A stretch of 64,000 nt of DNA from Schmidtea polychroa (lineage: Eukaryota), in contig CM097885.1 of the NCBI GenBank assembly GCA_044892525.1, positions 46,997,727 through 47,061,726 of the forward strand, given 5' to 3'. Shown here one piece after another: positions 12,945-26,329 of this stretch. A program made the translations under genes and the position numbers. Position 1 is the first letter of the stretch, and the number at the start of each line of letters is the position of its first letter. A model generated the notes under the pieces. The model saw only the letters and a list, made by a program, of their open reading frames with translations, had not been told where the DNA came from and made no database searches.

Positions 12945-14060
12945 ACTCTTCATGAGTTAGAAACCTTTCGGTTAGTGAAGCAATAAAATAGTCAATATAT
13001 GTAATGAATATTGATTTCCTAAAATCATATTATTTCTGATTATTTCGATTTCTTTGATATTTGCACACACGTGTAACCGACTCATGTGCATCGATTCGTT
13101 CAGCGACAAGTTTTACTTCCTTATAAATAATCTTGAAGGTAGTAGTAAATTATCCGCGCATAGCTGATGCCCCATTGTAACCTTGTCCTCGAAGATTTTC
13201 TAAATTAAAATCCATATTTTTAATGTTCGTTCTATAATATCTGCGAGCGAAATAGCAGTCAAATCGGTTACTGGTACAAAAGTTAGGAAATCTTCATGCA
13301 ACCTTGTACTTTCATTAATGTAATGAACACACAGAGCAAACTGTTCGACTTGGGAAATATCAGTAGTTTCATCTGCCAATATTGAAAAAATCTGAATTGC
13401 TATCTTTACGCACCATTTACAATTGTATTAATTCACCAAATATATTAATTAAATCATTTTGTACTTCGGGACTGGTATACCTTGCATTACTGGTACTCTT
13501 AAATGTTCCTCTAAAAGTACGTCACCACAGTTTGGTCGATAACGCAGCATAGGACGGAAATTACCGTCATTTTCAATTGGTTCAGTAAGAGATATCCTTC
13601 GAGAATCGTGATGTCCTCGAAATGCCATTGTTTGTCTGCCACATAATCTTATTGTTTGTGATTGGCTTAAGCTTTTTCTATTTTCGATGATTAGTTCCTT
13701 ACGTTTTGAATTGAGTTGATTGATTATTGTTTCCTGCTTTTTGGTAATAATATTAGTTAAATTATCAGCGGTGATCAATGAATGATTATGATATTTGGTA
13801 TTTTCATAATTTTTAAATATTTTAATAGCGTTCTTAATCATAATAGCTGTAAATGGTTTAATTACCAACGTACCAAGTTCAAAGGAAGGAGTAGGTGGAT
13901 GAAATAAAACTCAATATCTGCAAAATGCTCCTTCTTTCGTTTCTGAATAATTCAGCCATTTATAGATTTCCAGCCACTTAAGTTGAAAATTTCGCTTCTG
14001 AGGACCATCCTGTGCGACGGAAAATTTATATTTTTAGAAGGTACCCAAACGTGATTAAGC
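12945..14060 (-). pseudogene. hAT transposase fragment (P52rIPK/THAP12-like group)
   Basis: Minus-strand frames RLCGRQTMAFRGHHDS...NDGNFR, FSILADETTDISQVEQFALCVHY, HEDFLTFVPVTD, NLRGQGYNGASAMRG; several frameshifts; no TIRs found. Confidence 0.8.
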
Positions 14061-14780
14061 AAGTCGTAGCTGAAGATTAATTTTTATTCATTATAAAATA
14101 AATAAAAAAAAACTGTAACAGTACAATGCAGCCAGTTCTCATCAAAGCGCAACACACAATTAAATCAGAAAAAACAGTATCTACTGATTACTGACTGATG
14201 ACTGACTAACAAACACGTCGTGCTCGCCTAATCGTATTTCTGGTGCGCACAAACGTATGGATCATGTGCATGACCAAACTTGCATCATTACCATGCGACC
14301 ACCCACTAAGCTGCAACACTAACGTCGTTTTGTGAAAATGTGGAAAGGAGAAATGTAAACAAGCATAGACATAGATTTCTCCCCAATCTTAACCCATCAC
14401 TTCTTAAAAGAAAAAAATTTAAGTTAGCATAAATGTACTAATCATAATAATAATCTATTTTGTTACCCATTATACCGATCCAAAATTGACTATCATAGTT
14501 GAAGACACTGTCAATATATTACAAAAGAAACGACTTTCTGGTGACCACAGTCAATTTCATAAAACTTGAGTGATATGGACCTTGTGTTAGATTATTCAGA
14601 TCATATTGTTATGGTCAGTGTTTCACACAAACAACTACTGGTAGTAGAGAAGATGCTACGTATGTAATCCAGTTCTTGACTGTGTACTGAACTATGAAAT
14701 AGCTTTAATCAAGACGACAATCCTATCATGCTGGGCATTTTAGACTGTCACCCATAAAGGTTTTTAACAGTATTTCATAT

Positions 14781-15624
14781 TGTTGGGGTTCAACAAGAGA
14801 GGTATAAAAATGAAGTTAAAAAATCAATAAAAACACCAAATTCACAATAATAATTTAAAGTACAAAATATTAATTAAGAATATCAAAATAATTAAAAATG
14901 AATATTTTCCGAGGGAAACTGGTATTGGCGGATGCTGAATAATGAGACGAGTTCAACAAATAATAAAATAAAATCAAAAGGGGTCTCTAGAAAAAATAAA
15001 TTACAAAAAACAAAAAATTAATTAAAAATTAATTAACTAATGGAGAACCCGAGCTAATGGGAAACCCGAGATAATGGAAAACCCGAGCAATATGAGAGAA
15101 CCTGAATTATCAATTATATTAGGAAAGGTAATTAAATTTGCCGACTCCAAATCAAATTGGGGAAAGCCGTCAAAGGAGACGGGAAAATTCCTCAAAGCGA
15201 CAAGATGAAACACGGGGAATCGGATCCGAAATAATTTAACAAAGCGAAATCAAATTACGAGATGGATATAAAAGCGGCCGGCAAGAAAACAGAATTGCCA
15301 GGTGGTCGAAGATAAGGAAACGAGAAATTTAGCGAGAGTAACAAAGAAAACTTTGAACTTACTGTCAATTGAATATTTTAAATCGAGCGTACCAGAAAGG
15401 GACATTACCCGTTGGAAGATATATCTCTACGTAAGATTTACAGTTGTATTGAAAAGTGCAGACCAAAAAAGGGTTGTATCAAGTGTGGTTGAATCAATGA
15501 AAAGTGTGACCAAAGTAACTGTATTAATTTCGAATAAAAATTTTTGTGTTGGATTGTTTACTTAATTTCATAAAGAACACAAAGGAGTCAGACAGTGATA
15601 CCGACTTGCACAAAATACCCAACA
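14781..15624 (+). mobile_element. Solo LTR
   Basis: TGTTGGG...CCCAACA termini, 4-bp TSD ATAT on both sides, TATA-like GGATATAAAAG (~15263) and AATAAA (~15533). Confidence 0.75.
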
Positions 15625-16713
15625 ATATATATCTTAAAAACTCTTAATTTTGTGAAAGTTAAATATTCAACCAGGTTCTTCTACCTCTTTTGATTTGGAG
15701 GGGAAAAATCGAAAATCGTAAATTTTAATAACTTAATTTAAATAAAGAACATGACTAAATTCGGTTAATTAATGCCTTCAAAAATGGCGGAAATTGTTGA
15801 GAATCACCAAAAAATCAATTAGAACAATAATTTACAGATACAAAAACTTTGGAGAAATTTTCAAAAGAAAAAGAAATTATTTTAGAAGAATAAGAAAATA
15901 AATTTGTTGGGTTATTATTTAACAAGTCGGATAATTTTTGACTCTTCGTGTCCATTTCCAATAAAATAAAGAAATAAACCCAACACAGAACAACTTTATT
16001 CAATCTTTATTACAATTACAAGTAATCACTCAATTTGTACCTTTCTTTCGTCGACAATCGTTATCGTAGGGTAGGTTGCCCAAGGAGTAATCACCTTTCT
16101 GGTACGATAAGATTTACTTGAAATATTTGCTCCTTAATTATCTTTGATTTCGTAAGTCCTCAATAATTTTGTTTCTTCGATTAACTGGCAACTCGCCTCT
16201 TTTCAGGTTTTCATTTTATATTTTTTTAAAAGGCATTATCAATATTCCTATTAATTCCTCCGAGGATTACTGACATTTCCCCACTAACTATCGGTATTTA
16301 CCCAACCATGATTTTAATTCTTCTGTGGATTACAGCTAGTCCTCTAACATATTGGTTACCCGTTATTTTAATCTTCTGGTAGGGATTATTTGTTATCCTA
16401 CTAATTTCCTTCCTACAAGGCCGCTCGGTCTAATTTGCTTCATTTTCCAATTAGTCGGGTCTTAGTACGCTCCGGGTTTCCCGTTGTTTCGGGCCTCTCA
16501 ATAAGTCGGGCTTTCCATTAGCGATTAATTAATTTTTAATTAGTTTGTTATTTTATTAAAACATTTTATAGGGACCCCTCACAAAATCTTTATTATTGTT
16601 TCTGGATTTTTCTCATGATTCTGCGTTCAACCATACCCATTTCCTTGATTGATATTATTTTTTACATTTTTAACTTGTAATGTTGTAAAATATAATAGTG
16701 TAAAATATCCCAA

Positions 16714-16753
16714 TAGTAGACTAGTTTCGAGCTTTTAGCTCACATCAGTACTA
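16714..16753 (-). ncRNA. Minimal type I hammerhead ribozyme motif (A9U variant)
   Basis: Minus strand reads TAGTA-CTGATGT-GAGCT AAA AGCTC-GAAA-CTAGTC-TACTA: stem I, core, stem II, GAAA, palindromic stem III, GUC site. Confidence 0.75.
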
Positions 16754-17032
16754 TGCAGGAGACACGAAGATTTTTTTTTCTTTTTTATATTTTACACCAT
16801 TACAAGTTAAAAATGCTAAAGGTTTACGGATGCAATTGCAAACAGTTTTTATGTAGACTTTTTTTTGGTCTCCAGAGGTGATTTTCATACAAGTTTACAG
16901 ATATTTTTTCAGTGAATTAGCGAATTTGCAAGTGATATGATTTCCAGTGTACCAGGAAAAGTATGCAATAGAGTTGAATCAGCAATATTGTATACCTATC
17001 TGGCGAGAAGAGAAATCTTCGCGTCTCCTGCA

Positions 17033-17072
17033 TACTACTGATAAGAGCTAAAAGCTCGAAACTAGTCTGCTA
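17033..17072 (+). ncRNA. Minimal type I hammerhead ribozyme motif (G8A variant), inverted copy
   Basis: TACTA-CTGATAA-GAGCT AAA AGCTC-GAAA-CTAGTC-TGCTA; the consensus of the two copies gives canonical CTGATGA. Confidence 0.7.
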
Positions 17073-18380
17073 TTGGGATTTGCACTGGGTATCACAAACC
17101 TTGTAATGTTTATATTATTTTACATTTTATCAATTATTTTCTTTACAATTTTGTTATATCAGTGTTTTTATTGATTTTTATTCTACTTCGTTTTATTTTG
17201 TGCTTTTTTTACATTACCCCCAACAAATGTATTAAAAAATTAATGTGCTTGGCGATTACTATCTTTAATTATTTGTAGTTAAAATATATCTGACTTAAAT
17301 TATAAAATAATTCTAAAATAAATTCATTCCTAAAAAAGCTGAAAAGTAATTAAAAATATATTATAATACAAATGTTAACTAATTTTATGAAATCAAAATT
17401 CAAGCCTTAAAATTTACTTAAAATTAAAAAGCTTGAAAGACATTTCTAAAATTAAATAAATTAACTTAAACTTAACTTTCTCATAAATGGCGAGTCACCT
17501 ACAATTGGTGTACACACCAACATGTACACCTAACTGCGAAAGTTAACATTGTCTATAATCTAAAAAAAAGTCAACAAATATATATTATAGGAACACACAA
17601 ACTTACCCGTAAAATTTTAATGCTGCGAAAGTTAACATATTTGTTATAGGAATCTAAAAAGTGAGATAAAATAATTAATCATACAAACACAGCACACATA
17701 ATGAAAAATACATACAAAATTAATAAAGTGTTTATTTTTGCGAAATTAACATTGATACATACAAATATAATTAACATATCAATATTTTCAAATTATTTAA
17801 AAAGTTATGCACAAAAAACTTTTGAATTAGAATCTGACTGCTCTACCTTGAGCTTTAGAGAAAAAGAAGAAAATACATCGTAAGATTTAATTATAAAATA
17901 ATTTAGAATATAAAATTTCCTTAGATTTACAAATATTGAAGAAGGTCCTTCGACATCTTTGAATTTGGAGGAAAAAAATCGCAAATCGTAAATTTTAATA
18001 AATTATTTTAACAAATTAATATTTTCATAGAATTAAGTAAAAAGACAAAATTCGAAAGAAGAATTCAAAAACTTAAAAAACTATTTTATCCATTCTTTCC
18101 TAAATGTCTTAAAAAAATAAATGTTTGGTGATTACTTTATTTATTTATAATTATAAAAATATCTAACTTACATTTTTTCGAAATAAATCGAAATAAATCG
18201 AAATAAAACATCATAAAATTCCTAAAAAAACACCTGAAATTTAATTATCAATGTTATATATTATCAATATTATAAATGCTGACTAACAGTAATATTTAAG
18301 AACTTGAATAATGATCTCATAATTATATAAAATCAAAATTCAAGTCCTAAAAATTACTTAAATCCAAAAACTTACCTTAA

Positions 18381-18611
18381 CCCCTTAACGCGCACTGACG
18401 TATATATACGTTCGCGCAAAACCGGACAAAATGTGCAGTGACGTGATAGTTTTTGAATAGTTTTAGTTTATTATTTTTCAGCTAATAAATATTATTATTT
18501 TATTGTTACATTATATTGTTATTTATTGAAATTGGTCCAAATATATATTTTCTTAAAGAAAAAAAATTGATTTTTTTTTGGTCGATTTTTTTTAAATTGT
18601 GCGTTAAGGGG
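18381..18611. mobile_element. piggyBac-type MITE
   Basis: TTAA on both sides; TIRs CCCCTTAACGC / GCGTTAAGGGG. Confidence 0.88.
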
Positions 18612-20279
18612 TTAAAACGATTTTTGAAAAATTGAAAAAAATGAAATTAAGTTAACATTGTCATATAAATGGTGACTCACTTCAACTGGTGTGCACACCA
18701 ATGTATACACCTAAATCCAGAATATAAAAGTTTCTATAATCTAAAAAAATCGATAAAATTATAATATAGGAACACACAAACTTACCTGTGTGCAAAAATT
18801 TAATGTTCCGAATGTTAAAAGTTTTATTATAGGAATTGAGAAAGTGATAGAAAAATAAATTTACATACAAACACAGCACACATAATATAAAATACACACA
18901 AATTTAATATAGCTTTTTTTATTCCGAAGGTAGAAAGTAATTAAAATACTGTTAACATATCATTAATTTTAAATTATTAAAATTCATGGCTGAAAAAACT
19001 TGGATTTTGAATCTGACAACTCAAATTTGAGTTTTCGAGAAAAGGACGACAAAACATCGTACGATCTATTTATAAAATATTTTTGAAGTTAATATTTCTT
19101 TGGAAACACTTCCATTTTGCGAAGGTGACAATGTAAGAATTTTTTCATTTGATTACAAAAAATTAAAATATTTAAATAAAAAAATTCGAAAATCGTAAAT
19201 TTTAATAACTTATTTTAAAAAAATAATATTTTCATAGAATTTCAGAAAATGAGAAAATCCGTCTACATCGTCAAAAAGGCTATTGAAAATGAGCTGGAGA
19301 AAGAAGATTACAAAAACTTAAAAATCAATTTTATCCATATACACCTAAATGTCTTAAAAAAATAAATGTGTTTGGTGATTATTTTATTTCTTTTTAGTTA
19401 AAAATATATCTAACTTACATTTTATTGAAATAATTCCAAATTAATATCTTGTCATAAAATACCTAAAAAAACACCTGAAATTTAATTATCAATATTTTAT
19501 ATTATAAATGCTGATTACAAGTAATATTTAAGAGCTTGAATAATGATCTCATAATTATATAAAATCAAAATTCAAGTCTTAAAATATACTTAAATTTAAA
19601 AAACTTCTAAAACCATAAAATAAAATTGAATTGAAATGAAAAAATGAAATAAACCCTCTCATAAATGGTCATCGATTGATGAACACACCAACATGTATTA
19701 GAGACTTTTAACATGTGGAATTAGGTGTATTATAGACAATGTTAACTTTCGCAGTTAGGTGTATTATAGAAACTTTTATTCATTGGAATTAAAAAATGTA
19801 ATTTAATAAGATTTTTAACATCAACTAATTTAATTGGATTTGTCTATGTGGAATAGTTATAGAATAGTTATAGAATAGTTATAGAATAGAATCTTTAAAT
19901 ATAATAATTTAATTTTGAAATTTTATATTTATCTCTTATTATATGTAAAATTGCTTTTTTTATTAAAGAAATATTGGAACCGTACTTGGGTAGTTATTTC
20001 TTTTCTCAGTCAAATTTCCTATCTCATTATATGTAAAGGGTTTTATTTTATGTCCATGATATCAATGATACAAATACACATATACACTTTTATTATTGCT
20101 AATTTTCATATGTTTTATTGAAGCTCCAATTTGTTGTCATTCCGAGTCTTATCTGATGGTGCAAGAATTCAAAAGTAATTGCAAAAAACTTTTCATAAAA
20201 TTTTAAGACAAACTAATTAAAAATCATTTCATAATGATCGAAAATAGATTTTATGATTTGAATAACTAAAACATTAAAA

Positions 20280-20861
20280 ATGAATATCAAAGTCGAAATG
20301 CTTCTGTACTGCACCAGATTGGAAATATTTCTAATTTTCCTTGATCACATCAAGTTATTTTGGTGGGATAAATCCTATCCATTTAAGGATAAAATGGTTG
20401 TAAGACCTAGCAAAAGTGCTGATCAAATAAGAAATAAAACAACTATATTATCCAATCAACTAAACTTTCTTAAAGAAAAAGGACTGAAAGATTTGAAATA
20501 CACAATTAACTATAGGATGGACCAGCTAAAAGAATACATTCAACTCCTATCATCTGTGGAAATTGTGAAAATGGAACTGATCGACTCTATAATAACGTGG
20601 ATAACCAGAGACGAAAGAGATGAAGAAGCTCGTCAAAAACGATTGTGTTTTTTTGCATCGCATGTAAAATTAGTTGTGATCGAAAGTTTTGCTAATTTAG
20701 CTGAGGTCTGTAATATTAAAACAGACTCCTTCGTGATTAATCTTCTAAATGAAAATGAGGAATTTGAAATCATCGATACTGGAATAAGTGATTGGTATAT
20801 TCAGCCTCTGTTTAGCCAGTGTCCAGAGATTGATAACGTTTTAGAAGAGTTTAAGGATTAG
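20280..20861 (+). CDS. Uncharacterised 193-aa ORF
   Basis: Open frame with protein-like composition in AT-rich DNA; the 3' half is duplicated at 24470-24761; no recognisable domain. Confidence 0.45.
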   Translation: MNIKVEMLLYCTRLEIFLIFLDHIKLFWWDKSYPFKDKMVVRPSKSADQIRNKTTILSNQLNFLKEKGLKDLKYTINYRMDQLKEYIQLLSSVEIVKMELIDSIITWITRDERDEEARQKRLCFFASHVKLVVIESFANLAEVCNIKTDSFVINLLNENEEFEIIDTGISDWYIQPLFSQCPEIDNVLEEFKD

Positions 20862-20873
20862 GGTCAATTGTCC

Positions 20874-20908
<35 letters not shown>

Positions 20909-21372
20909 TAAAATAAATATGAAAATAACGTTTTGAAAAATTATCTTATTTACTTAAGACCTTTACTTAACATTTTGTCTGCGACATTTTTATATGATAT
21001 AATAATCAATATGATCATATAATATAATTATTATATCATAATCATTTGCTGGAGGGAATTCCGAACTTGTACCCCATCTTCCTTTAAGAGTTCAAGGTGC
21101 TGAAAGTTATGCAAATAAGACTTTCAATAAGCGAAAAAATGACATTATGAAGTATCTTTTATCAGTTACCGCCTGTTTGCAAATACAAATATTAAATATC
21201 AAACGGATATATCAAAGTTATATAAGGTGAACGTTATTATGCACTTTGTCCTCAGATGATCATTATTAAGGAAGAATACTTTATTAAGGAGCATAATAAT
21301 AAAATAAATGAGTTTAGAGATATAACAATAGAAGATCAAATGGAAAGGGTGAATATTATTTCACTTTATTCC

Positions 21373-24300
21373 TGTGAAAGTAATTAAATTGAAGAAGTAT
21401 TTAATTTCCAGATTTAAATAGATTTAAATAGTATAATTAAAGTAAATAATAAAATTATAAATTAAAATAATAAATTAAATATATTTAAGAATAATTGAAA
21501 ATTAAAATATAAAATATTTATTGAATGCTTGTGTACGAATATTCCCTATTCAAATATTAACTCATGTTTGCGAAAATATCCTCTAAGCTAAAAACAGTGA
21601 TTGTTTTAATAATAGAGATTTTTGTGTTGTTTTTAAAAATACAGTTTTGTTTTGTTTTTAAAATATGTATGTGATTAATTTAAGAAACCAAACTTCTAAT
21701 ATGGCGACCACGATGGCCAATTTTATCAAAGCACCAGAAAATTTCGAGATGGGAACCGATGTTGAAGATTTCATCAAGGAAACCGAAAGATTTTTCGAAT
21801 TAATGTTGAATTAATAGATGAGGACTTCAAAGATAGATTTGTCAAAGCTTTTTTATCAACAGAAGCAATTAAGAAATATGATTCAACTGATGAGAAACAA
21901 AATTATATGGATAGACTGAGAGAATCCTTTAAAAATCCAATGAATCTGATGGATGACTTAAGTGAAGCGCTAGATTATAGACAAGGAGATGATTGCGCTG
22001 ATGATTTCTGCGAAAAAATTGAGAAATTATCAAAACAAATTCTGAAACATGAGTTAAATGAAGAAGAACTTCAAAAATTTCTCATATTCAATGCAGTGGG
22101 AGACCGAGATTTGAAAAAAGATTTGATATTAAATGAATATAAATCTGTGAATGAAATGAAAAAGAGAATTAAAAAACACGAGAAAGTAATTAAAGAATTA
22201 AATCGAAACAGTGACTCGATGGCAGTTGTGGGAACTGAAACGAGATATGCGGATATGGTAAAAAAAGCTGTAAAGACCAATATTACACAGATATAACGAT
22301 ATGCCTAGAAGAAACACGTTCAGCGAGCCAAAACAGAATCGAGAATATCAGAACAAACAATCGAATTTTAATAATCAAGAATTCCAAACAAACAATAGGC
22401 CAAAGTTCAGATGCTTGGCATGTCATGAAGAAGGCCATAGAAGAGCAGAATGTCCGAATGTTAAATATTATCATTGTCACACAGCACGTCATTTCAAACA
22501 CCAGTGCTTCCAATTAAGAAAGAATTTCAGAGATGTAAGAGAAAATGAACACGAAAAAATACGGGGAAAATTCCAAGGAAATGACAGAAATTTCAGAAAC
22601 CGACAATATCAGAAACCAGTTGTGGCAATGGAAGAAGAAGAAGAACATGAAAATCAATACCCAAATGGATATGCTCCAAAACGAGAGGAGGCGATCGGAG
22701 CACTGCAGTAAGTATGAGTTATATGTTGAATGGGGAATTGTATGATGATTGTTTGTATGATGATTGTTTGCATGTATTAAATAATGAGAAATATGAATAT
22801 ATAAGTAATGATGATAATTGTAAATGCGTCTCCGATGCAGATATTTATAGTGATTGGTGTAATAATGGATTGAGGTTAGATGATTTTGGAAATGTTGTAG
22901 AGCATGTTTGTAATATTAATGATATAAATTATAATAGTAATATAATTAAATCTAATAAATTAAATGGTAGACCAAGTGTCACATTATTGATCAATGAGAA
23001 CGAAGTATGCTGATTATTATATACAGGAGCAAAGATCAGTGTGATGGATGAAAGTGTATTAGAAAAGATAGGAAAGTTTAATTTAGAAAAATGTTATGTT
23101 AAATTGAGATGTGCAAATGAGTCACCGTAGGAAAGGTAGGAAAGGTAAATATTACAGTTCAAATAGTGGGAACGAAAGAGGCGACAATAATTGAATTTAT
23201 TGTGGCCAAAGAGATTTCACCAAAGGTAATTGGAGGAATAGACTTCTTGAGAAAATTCGGCATAATGTTAAAAATGAAGGATAGTTTATTAAATGACGAT
23301 GTAACTATTGATGGAATAAAAAACGTAAAAGAATTGAGTGAATCTAACCAATGTAAAGATGGTAATGTTAGAGAGCTATGCAGAAAATTTGAGTCAATTT
23401 TTATGAAATACAAATGGGATGTGGGTAAGACAAATTTAATAACGTATGAAATTTTAACATCAGGAAGACCTATTGTGATAAATCCAATGCGACAGCCAGC
23501 CCATTTGATTGGAAAGATTGATAAAAATATAAAAGAAATGGAAAAGTTGGAATCATTAAAGAATGTAACTCGCCATGAAACACTCCTTTAGTGTGTGTAA
23601 AGAAAGAAAATAAAAATGATGTACGAATTTGTCTGGACTTTAGAGCACTAATCAATGTCACAGAACAACCAATATTTCCAATCCCAAATACAAAGAATTA
23701 TTAGATACATTTGGAGGTGCAAAATATTTCAGCACAATTGATTTAGGGAATACGTACTACCAAGTGGAACTTGATGAAGAATCGAGACTGAAGACAGCAT
23801 TTTCTACCAAAAAGAGACAATATTTGTAGTTCTTCGGACATATAACCAGCCAAGATGGAGTAAAAACAGAAGAAGAAAAAATTAAAGCAGTCAAAGAATT
23901 TGAAAGACCCAAGTGTGTTAATAAATTAAGAAGCTTTTTAGGGTTAACCAATTACTATAGAAAATTTATAAAGGATTATACAGAAGATTCAAAACATTTG
24001 GAAGAGTTGTGTGGAAGCAAAGAGAAGAAGTTGATTTGGACAGAAGAATGTTAAAGTGCATTTACGAAACTGAAAGATAAGTTGATTAATGCATCAATAT
24101 TAAAGTTTCCTGATTTTACAAAAACTTTCATATTAGATACGGACGCTAGCTTCAATCGTATTGGCTCTGTTTTGTCACAGACAGATAGTTCTGGAAAGGA
24201 AAATGTTATTGCTTATGGATCGCATGTTATGTCGAAACACGAGGTGGGTTATTGCATAACAAGAAAAGAACTTTTAGCAATATATTATTTCACAAATCAT

Positions 24301-24469
24301 TTTAAACATTACCTTTATGGGAAATGATTTATACTACGGACGGATCATAAAGCCATAACATATATGATGAAGACTAAGAAACCTATCACTCCACAATTCC
24401 AGACATGGATAAATTATTTAAGTAGTTTGGAAATAGAATTTCAATTTAAGAAAGGAGAAGAACATTGCA

Positions 24470-24470
<1 letters not shown>
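21373..24470 (+). mobile_element. Truncated Ty3/Gypsy LTR retrotransposon (5' LTR, gag, protease, partial RT, RNase H)
   Basis: LTR begins TGTG at 21373; PBS-like TGGCGACC at 21702; gag ATG at 21713 with zinc knuckles CLACHEEGHRRAEC and YHCHTARHFKHQC; mutated protease LLYTGA; RT RICLDFRAL and KTAFST fused to FFGH (YxDD region deleted); RNase H FILDTDAS...KELLAI...RTDHKAI. No integrase and no 3' LTR. Confidence 0.9.
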
Positions 24471-25318
<848 letters not shown>

Positions 25319-25501
25319 CACAATTATTAAATATCTTAAAAATTAAAATTAAGGAAAAGTTATTTTCAATCTAGAAATATATTTAAAAAATAGATATAAA
25401 AATTAATTTAGAAAAAAAATAGAAAAAAATCACAAAATCACAACCTAGAATATTTATTTTTGAGAATTTATTTTTATTAAAAGAATTTTTTTTAAATCGC
25501 A

Positions 25502-25572
25502 ACCTAAATAGCTCAGCGGGAATAGAGTAGCATCGTGGTTCAAAGATACTGCGGTTCAAATTCAAACTGAAT
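25502..25572 (+). other. Possible tRNA-derived (SINE head-like) relic
   Basis: A-box-like TAGCTCAGCGGG and B-box-like GGTTCAAATTC at plausible spacing; no clean cloverleaf. Confidence 0.3.
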
Positions 25573-25725
25573 CTAGTTTTTTCATAGAAAAAAAAATTTG
25601 AAATTACTACAATATTGAAAATATCATTAAAATATAATATACAAATTCATATTAAAAATAATATTAAAAATAAATAAATAGATAAAAAATAAACTTTTAT
25701 ATATTTTAAAATATTTAGTTTTTAA

Positions 25726-26202
25726 CACGTTGACGGACACTTGCGTCTATAGCTGTCAAGGCGAAGTTCACTATGTGGCATGCCGGCAATAGCCGTCGAA
25801 AACGAAACGGTTGTTTTTAGACACTGCGGCTATAGCAGCACAAATGTGCATTTACCGGCGTACAAGTAGAAGCCTAGTGTCATGGCATACCGAAAATAAT
25901 GTGTAATAATTATAAAATTATAATAAACTATTTTTTGTTATTTATTTATTTTTGTTTGATTATGAACAAATATTTCGTGTAAAACTCACAAAAATACTTT
26001 GTTGCACACAAAAAAATTGCTTATTTGAGCCATTAAACCTGTCATTTACATTTTTAAATTACCTTATTAAAGGTGCTAAATTAATCAAAATTAAGTTTAT
26101 TTAAGCAGAAAGAGTAAAACTATACTTCTAATATTCTAAAAATTACAAAAACATGTGGTGTCAATTTACGAACTTCACTTGTTTCTACTGTCCGTCAATG
26201 TG
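25726..26202. mobile_element. piggyBac-type MITE
   Basis: TTAA flanks; TIRs CACGTTGACGGACA / TGTCCGTCAATGTG. Confidence 0.85.
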
Positions 26203-26329
26203 TTAAATTTAAATATGAAAAAAAATTTATTTTGAGCTGGGTGTGGTGGCCGATCGGGAAGCATCACCATAAGTCTGTTGTCTTGTCATTATGAAGATTA
26301 TTTTCTTTTTGTCATGGTGATAACCATTC

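Larger units (their letters stand above)
15905..17225 (-). mobile_element. Second, inverted solo LTR of a related family, interrupted by a hammerhead-bearing insertion
   Basis: TGTTGGG...CCCCAACA termini, TSD AATT/AATG; the reverse complement resembles 14781-15624 (CTAATGG..CCCGA repeats, AAATCAATAAAAACAC). Confidence 0.7.
15630..19720 (+). repeat. About three diverged ~1-kb tandem units; unit 1 split by the solo LTR, unit 2 by a MITE
   Basis: Shared blocks: AAATCGTAAATTTTAATA (~15715, 17985, 19190), AAATGG...CACACCAA (~17485, 18668, 19663) and AATGT.TTAAAAAA.TAA (17226, 18103, 19348). Confidence 0.7.

Noticed and set aside
14781..17225. Single Ginger-like element spanning TGTTGGGG...CCCCAACA
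   Set aside because: Outer flanks (ATAT vs AATG) do not match, whereas two separate units each have their own TSD.
20570..21372. Duplicated segment as the LTR pair of the Gypsy element
   Set aside because: Lacks TG...CA ends, starts mid-ORF, and the PBS-like site follows a different TG-initiated segment (21373-21701).
26236..26270. tRNA-like A-box GGTGTGGTGGCCGATCGG
   Set aside because: No B-box or cloverleaf follows.
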